Assembly (NCBI GenBank): GCA_965285935.1
Contig: OZ260661.1
Location: forward strand, 128,774,001 to 128,838,000
Direction of reading: 5' to 3'
DNA: 64,000 bases
Source: Ophelia neglecta
Lineage: Eukaryota
Shown: piece after piece, positions 45,700-64,000 of the stretch
Position numbering within the stretch: the stretch's first letter is position 1
Layout of the letters: each line of letters opens with the position of its first letter
Position numbers and translations under genes: made by a program
The notes under the pieces: model-generated
The model's input: only the letters and a program-made list of their open reading frames with translations
Told to the model about the DNA's origin: nothing
Database searches by the model: none

Positions 45700-46330
45700 G
45701 TTGTGCTTTTGATAATATATCAAATACTTGATAGTCGTTATTCTGAGTCAAGGCCAGATGAAATGAAATTCACAATACGCAATGAACTAAGTTCTAATTT
45801 GGCTGGATCAATGTTCAATATTTATTCCGGGCAGTTTATCAAACAAACAAAATTAAATTGGAAAAATAACATACAGGAAAAGGTGAAACAAAATTTCAGG
45901 TCTCCGCCATAATGGACAGCATTAAATTCAAATTCACCAAACAAATAATAAATCTTATTTACACGACACTGGCTTTCCTCTGGCATCGTCGTATGGTGTA
46001 TGGAAGACCATACATCTCAAATTTCCAGACCTTAAAAAGAGCTGTTCGCATAATCATAAAAGTCCGCCATATTACACATACAGACCCAATATTTAATACA
46101 CATAAAATCCTGAAACTAAAAGTTTAGCATTTTCACCGAGATGAAAATAAAAAATGCACCATGCTTCTTGCTGCACTCTGTACATCTTAGACGTTATCAC
46201 ACTCATAATATGCAAACCAGAGACTTAATATATCCTCCTAGCATTCTCACAAACATAAGAACGCAAGGAATTGACTTTAACCTCTATAAACAGAGTCCAG
46301 GGGCAAATTTAATGTCATCAGTGAATTTCT
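45700..46330 (+). mobile_element. Degraded CR1-group LINE ORF2 C-terminal fragment
   Basis: LKRAVRII...HTDPIFNTHKILKL motif typical of the post-RT region; multiple frameshifts. Confidence 0.55.
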
Positions 46331-49300
46331 TGAAAACATTTTTCTCAAAGAGATCAATTCATTTGATGAGGCAACAAGACTATGAACATCTACCAGAAGG
46401 CAAACACAACTACATTGTTCTTAATGCATACATAAAAATGTCCTGTTTTAAAGGTCACACGTAGATCTCTCTCTATATATGTATAGCAAAAGTTTTGTTT
46501 CCTCAGGTCATTGTTTTTGACATGCTTATAAAATGTACTGTCCAGTAACCAAAACTTATTTGACAAGTAGTCCTTTCTCTTCTATGTTAAAGGCGTCCGC
46601 TGAACAGGCCAATCAACATCAAAAACTTTAATACAAATTCGTCAACTTACAAGTTGCGTGGCAAAATGCTATGATACCCTTGGACTTTAGATACATTTTT
46701 TACCATTACGTTACTTCCATCACAGATTGTTTTAAAACATTTGTCAGTTTGCTCCCAGGTTAACTTAAAATATCAAAACCATGAACACTGCATACAAAAA
46801 TTTCTGACAAAGTGTCAATAATATAAACAATTTCAACAAATTGGATATAAATATAAGCAAGAGCAAGAAAGAGTTCGTGTTTTCAAATGAACGACATGAT
46901 TTCGTCTAGGCTAACTGGGTTTCTTACGCCAAGAATCCATCGAATAACTACAAAATAGACAAATTAAAACATATCTGCTAGGCAAGCATTTAAGATTAAC
47001 TAAATGCTATAAATCATCTTGCTAGCCATCCAAAATTGCGATTTTACCGCAAATAAATGTCATTAATTACATTAAAAAATTACTTCGCATTTCAGGCCAA
47101 CTTTAAATTTCGACATGCCCTCAAACAGCAAATCATTTTCAAATATGAATATCGTTATTTGATAACGTTGCTCGTAGCGTAAAATCAAGAGAAAAATTAA
47201 CTGTTCTATGTAATTTAAACAGCTAAAGTCATTATGTACCCGACATACTTTCTCAATGAGTAAGAGCCGGAGTTCAACTAAGTGGCGACAAATCGGCACA
47301 AAATGAATCTCAACCTCCACCCTGACCTTCCCCAGTTGATATCTTCTGAGGGGAGTAGTACTCTATGTCGGCAATGATAATCCTTCTCAATCTCGAGTCC
47401 AGCAACTTACCGGAAATGAGGCCTTCGATCGGAATTTTCTTAAATTAAACTGCTTTTGAAGTTATGGTAACTCTGAGAATGGGAAATTTACAGTGATCTG
47501 CAATATCACATGGCCAGTCGTCTTTAAATGTGGTCCGGGCAGCCGTCTTAAAGATTTTGGCATCCTGTTTAAATTGGTTTCGACATTTCCAAACAATGTT
47601 TGTCAGATTTAGACACTAAACGGTCCTCGGATATCCAGGCTCTGAGACCTAATTCAATACAACGAGTGTTACACATCTTCACCTAATGTAGACCAAATGT
47701 TTTGTCTGCGGTGATAACAGCTACAGAGCGGTAAGTAAGTAGTCAGAGAATCTCTGATATTGATGGTTTGGTTTCGGATTTTTCCAATTGGCCCAGGTCT
47801 TGTAGATGTAGACCAACACGGCCAGACGTTTGTCTGTTTTTGGACTTCTCTAAGTGTCCGCTTACATGGATTTTACCAAGCATGGCTTTCGGGCCCGGAA
47901 CCTGCATTTCCAGAGCAAATTGATAAACACAATCTTTAATAATTTACTGAAAAAGGGATATTTTTCCACCATTTCGCTTTTCCTTTTTCAAACAGACTTT
48001 TTACAAATTTAGCAAAATAAAAAAAAGGTGACACAAACCATTCGGAAATCTTGTGTGTGTTAGGATTGTACACTCGAATTCTGAAAAAAAGGCAATAGAG
48101 GCATGACCTAATTTCATGTAAGTTCACACAATAGAATAGAACTACTTTATTGTTGATATGTGTAATAGCTTAACCAAAACTTGTCTTCGGCTTGGTCATG
48201 TTTCGATGGAAGTGGCTTCGCAAATAAGTTGCCGTAAAGTTCTTAGAAACCTTCTGAAAAAACATAAAAGGTAAGGATATGTAGATCAGCAAATGTAAAT
48301 GTTGGTTCTTTAAAAGTAATATCTAGTCGCCCAGCCTTGAACACAGTGGCTCGGACCAGCGGACAACTGTCTAAAAAAAACTGGAATAGATAAGTCCACA
48401 GAATCAGAATCAGAACATTTTATTCAGGCCACAGCAAATAAGACAAGATGAAACAAAGCATGGTGACCTACTGTTGTTCTTTAAGTTAATGAATTTTGGC
48501 CCCGTCTGATTTAACCATTGCAATTATGGAGAACAACATCATCTTTATAGATTTTACTAAAATCAAGGGTTTTAAATGCATAATAAAATGACTTGACCCA
48601 TGAGAAACACACTTTAGGTTTAAGGAATCATTTCACTAATTATCCCAAGTAAAGGTCTTCAAGCATTTTGTCCACTTATGGAAGCTCCAATTAATACAAG
48701 CTGTCCTAAATATTTGCCCCTAAATCTTGAAATAAAGGTAGCTACCTCCATACTAGGTAGCTCCAATGTTTGTAGGTGGCAAGTCAAGAAATGCAGATAT
48801 AGTCTGAATGAAAACTTTCCATGACGTAATTGTGCCCGTGGCGTGGCGTGAAGTGGTCACAGGATATGAGTCAAGCAGGTTGATGTCGTTGTTGGGAAGC
48901 AAAGTGTCCAACCACTTCTCCCCCCCCCCTTTTTTTTCAACAGCTCTTAAACGCGGTATAGGATTCAAGTTATGATAATTCGGTATTTCATCCACCGGAC
49001 CTGACAATCCGAACATTCCTCTACATAGTTCATCCTGCTTTCGCACTGGAAAACCTTGAATACAATCTATCCATCAACCGTTTTAGTTTTAGTAACCTTA
49101 ACATTGCATCGAATTTGTCCATTTCCTACAGGTAGCTATGTATATCATCAGCTGTGAATTTGACCAATGATATTTCCAACGAAGAATGTGGAAAAAAACA
49201 TTTTCACCAGACTTAAATACCCCAAATTGGCTCATTCACCGATCATTTGTCTCATTTTCACTATGTTTCGCTTTTATTAATATTCAGTCGAACTCGCTGT

Positions 49301-51056
49301 AAATTGCCACCTAAAGACTATATGTATATCTGGGAGGGAGTCCTATGCATCACATAAAGTTTCTCTTACTTGAGGGTGGAACGTCTTGTCTAAAAACGAT
49401 CTTCATTAATTACCGTCCCTGGTATGCTAACCAGAGCTATAGGCCTATAAACAGTGTCTTTCGCCTTTTCTCTTCTCCCTTTCTCTTCTCCCTTTCTCTT
49501 CTCCAATGCCCAGGCTTTTCTAGCCATGCTTCGACAACGGCTCTCCGACGTTTACATTCAACCCTGGCACTCTTCCCTGGGTACCATACTCGAGGGTCAG
49601 CTAATCTTCTCTTTCACAACTCACCGCTATATTCTCGACATTTGGTAAATACATTCAATCACTCTAACTAGGTTTCGTATGTTTAACCATAGATAAAAAG
49701 CGGAGGCTGGTGGGTGGCATAAACAGATAACCATACCATGAAAAGAAAGGAAGTGTTCCCTCTTCAATGTCCTCGAAGACGAATTTCATTTTTCTCCATA
49801 AATTTAGTGTGTGACGATCTACAGATTCACCACAGTATTATCGGGTCCGTCCAAATGTGCCTAAGTTCACTTATCTTATCTCCACGAAAAATGAACTTGC
49901 TGCGGAAGCTCGCGGCCTATGTATTTCATGCTTTTAAACTCATTGATGCTCTACCAGTCAGCCAATCTGAGTCTTGCTGTATAATTACTCTAATTAATGA
50001 CCTTGAGATGCTTGTATTTTATTAAGTTTGTACGCTTTGCAGACTTGTATTGCTGTATAGTTTACTTATTTACTTTTGTTATGTTTTTCATTTATGTTAG
50101 TTTTTTGTAGACATCTGTTCAGAGTTATTTTAGTTATTTATTGTATTCACTGGTGTATTGTTATTTTGTATATATAGTGACTAGTGCACTTTTTGACTCT
50201 ATGTAAGGTCGAGGACCTATGGACTTATCATTCATGCAATAAAACAATAAAACACTATAATTCATTGGCTGTTTAGCAAGCAACCCCGTGCAAAGCTCGT
50301 ACACGCTAGGTGTTATCAACGTTCGGTCGAACAAGTTGTTTCCTTTTGTATCTGCCACTTCTTACTTGTAATTGTCCTCGGGCAATTTTCTGGTCAGGCT
50401 TAAATGCATCAAACACTTCCTTTTGACCATCGAAAGCTCTAAAAGCGGCGTATCCCTTCATATTGATGGCCAGAAGCTGATCAACGCCTTCATGCAACGG
50501 ATCTCACACCCGTCATCCACTACAGGGAACTCCTCGGAAGTGCCTCAACCCATACCGCGCCCATCAAGTCCTACCTCTACCTCACTATTCATTATTGGAT
50601 GAAATATCAATATATAATGTAATTGCAAATGATAATTCCAAATAATAGCATTGCAGATCACATGTTGACAGAGCCTGTTGTCCTAAGTTCCGAGTATATT
50701 CGCCGCTCAAGTTGATTATTAAAACCTACTCCTCAATAACATTCAATTGTTTAAGGCATGTTCTCATCTGCAAACAAATTTAAAATTCGCCGTAGTCTTA
50801 AATAGTGCGCTATATCCTCAAATTCCACCATAAGGTTAGATTTTGTATGGGTTATATGTCTTTATGAATATTTCATATAGTTCAGTTAGTACTACACAGG
50901 AAAGCCGTTTACTATCCAGGAGAAACTTACCAGACACAACCATATCTATTTTCGGCTTTATATACATTTAATAAATTGTGATTGCGGCCTGTATATGTAC
51001 ATTCCTCTATTTCAGAATTTTCCTGGATTCACGTTTGAATATTTCAATTATGATAA

Positions 51057-51234
51057 AGTAAAACCTGTTCATTAGGACCGCCAAAAGGGCTGGAAATTGA
51101 TAGTCTGATTTCGAAGGTGGTATTTTTAGACAGGTTATTTAACATAAAAGCAAACAGCATGGTTATCATATAACTGGTCTTAATTGACAGGTGGTCTAAT
51201 TATAGATTTGACCTTTAAGGCAGGTTTCACTGTA
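51057..51234. mobile_element. MITE (cagtgaaacct family), opposite orientation
   Basis: agtaaaacctg ... caggtttcactgta. Confidence 0.7.
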
Positions 51235-52549
51235 ATCATTTAATTATAACTATCATTAGCACTTAAAGCTCTAAATAAAATAATGGCGGTAACTAAACTT
51301 AGATATATATATATATTACCCATGTTTAGCCTTAAATTAGATCTAGTGTAGACACAATAGGGCACAAGTTTTACCAAGAAGATATAAAATATATCGTTTT
51401 CGAGCGTCTTTATAGCTACTAAGACACGAGTATAAACCATTTCAGGCAAAAAGCACACTCAGCAGGATAAATCAACATCCTTTACAGAATTGTACGGTTT
51501 GCCATAAAAATAAAAGGCTTCACCCAATGAGGCTCTGTCAACAGCTTAAAAATCACAATATGGATTGCTACAAGATATAGAGCTCTGGGATGCCAGTCTC
51601 TGACTCACGCATAGCTCTCGTTAACAAACGTAGACATATCAACTTCGTCCTCCTTTCCGATGGTAACAAATATTATTTGTGTTTTTCTGCTTATTTATAT
51701 TATGTGTGTGGCCCAGCAGCTGCCGAATTCTTCAAAATTAGAAATGATTAGTAGTATATTGCAGACAACAAATATTGGATGTATGCCAGGTATCGTCTCC
51801 CGTCCTTTGACACCTGGACTCAGGCTTTCTTTTACATAGACTAGTCTTGGTTCGAGAACAATCTGGGCAATCTAAGAACCTGTGCAAGTCTGGAACTTAT
51901 TAAATGCAAACTTCAGACACATTGTTTTAAAGGAAACACACGATCTTTAATTGTTTACACTAGTGTTTTCACGCTTTAGATTTATAGTTTCTAGCAGATT
52001 TAAACGTATTCTTTTAGTCTCATCATATCGTATTGTGTTGCGTTTATGAGCTTTTTAGAAAAGGCGCACAAGAAATGTATTTTAGTAATAAATAATGATG
52101 ATAATGGAGGTTGGCGTCGTCTGATTTTTACGGTATACCATATGAATAAATTATCACTCTATTACATCACCGTCATCCATTCAATATTTTCGTTTGTACA
52201 AAAATTCTGTCAATGGTGCAATACACCGCCCCTAGAAATTTCCATTGCTGATTGTTCTAAATGTAGTTTCCACCTATAAATATTCATATTTGTTGTTTGA
52301 TTCGTCGGGCGCTTTTACCTTTGTTAGGAGGAGGCATAAGGAGCTGGATTATATGTGCGATTTGACCCTAAACAAAGTGTCTTATATTGAAATTACAACT
52401 GGGGTATTAACATCAGACACACCTTATATGAGATTTGAAAAATGCAATATGGACAATTTCTACATGCTGATATGCTAAATGGAAACCCTTAAAGCCCCAA
52501 TCCAATTGGCGATCATGGCGTTTATGGCCATGTTCGCGAAGGCCATGTT

Positions 52550-53005
52550 AAATGTATGGGTCAGTTCTAAGGTAAGGGTTAAGCTTCAGGGCGAGGTCAC
52601 ATGCTTACCTCCCAGGACACCCTAGCCGAGTTCAATGTTTAAAAGGTCAGACTCAGGGTTATCGGGCTCTGTGCTTGTGTTTAACCAATGAAAATCCGCC
52701 TCCGCCACCACCGCGGATTGTTAAGAGCCCTTGTAGTTAAGACTTGGCTTAAATGAAGGAAACACGCTTGAGGTCAAAGATTGCTCCAGCTGCACTTTAG
52801 TTTGATAAGGTTTGCCTCTCGCCTATACCAATGGGTCACAGGGCATGTTTATCAGCTTGTTGTTGTAAAACCCGGTGATCAATCTTTAACGCCGACTCGA
52901 AACGCCAGACGGGGACTTATTTACAAACAAACCACCATTTTGCGGGAACACACCTTCCCTGACCGACCAATGAGACGTGGACGTCGTAACCTTGACCTTG
53001 TTAGC
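52550..53005 (+). promoter_or_regulatory. Putative uridine phosphorylase promoter: nuclear-receptor half-sites, CCAAT boxes, GATA sites
   Basis: AGGTCA at 52594, 52644 and 52771; DR1 GGGTCAcAGGGCA 52833-52845; TAACCTTGACCTTG 52987-53000; CCAAT at 52685, 52828 and 52967. Confidence 0.5.
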
Positions 53006-53420
53006 GTTAGCAGGCGTCCATACATACACATATACATACAAGCATACACACAGTCAGCATAACATCCAAGGGACCATCATTAGGAGTATATTTGGTCCTT
53101 AGATCTCAGTACTTTCAATCTCCACAAACTGATGTTATATAGCATCACCCAAGCAATCGTGTCTCATTCATTAATTCTTTAGCGGCACATCCCAGTGCAC
53201 TATCGATCTGTGTTGTACAAGGACAGCGCCCTTGCCCAGTTAAGGACATCTGACTCAAGCCGACCGCTGCATTGTATATCAGCCTCCGGAGCGGCCGCCA
53301 TTACCTCCTGCGCTGGCCATTGTAAAACGCCGCCTTCCTCGATCAGCCTAATCCCGAATCCTTACAGAGTATACCATATTTTGTCAGTATAAGGTACTAC
53401 AAAAGTCCTCAGATACCAAA

Positions 53421-64000
<10,580 letters not shown>

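Noticed and set aside
50306-50602. Short ORFs on both strands with a minus-strand donor near 50365
   Set aside because: No recognisable domain and no partner exons; probably a transposon remnant.

Overview
Intron-rich animal genomic DNA (invertebrate; the SINE/LINE/MITE content suggests a lophotrochozoan such as a mollusc, which is inference only). Two + strand genes were assembled exon by exon with consistent GT-AG phases. (1) The 3' part of a SIPA1-like Rap GTPase-activating protein gene (RapGAP with HIGND Asn thumb, PDZ, SPAR_C, C-terminal coiled coil) has 23 core coding exons from 5444 to the stop at 39767; its 5' exons lie upstream of the window. (2) A uridine phosphorylase gene (UPP1/2 type) starts at ATG 53421 and runs off the right edge. 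Introns hold many minisatellites, MITEs, SINEs and LINE fragments. Most long ORFs in the supplied track are repeat artefacts. Best leads: a pair of ancient, equal-length mutually exclusive exons that swap the active-site segment of uridine phosphorylase, with RBFOX motifs placed as a switch; five SIPA1L introns whose tandem repeats are seeded on the exon end plus 5' splice site (up to 7 donors in a row); a candidate internal first exon downstream of a perfect RFX X-box that would give a GAP-less coiled-coil isoform; and a candidate 9-nt microexon. No CRISPR array, tRNA or rRNA gene was supported.
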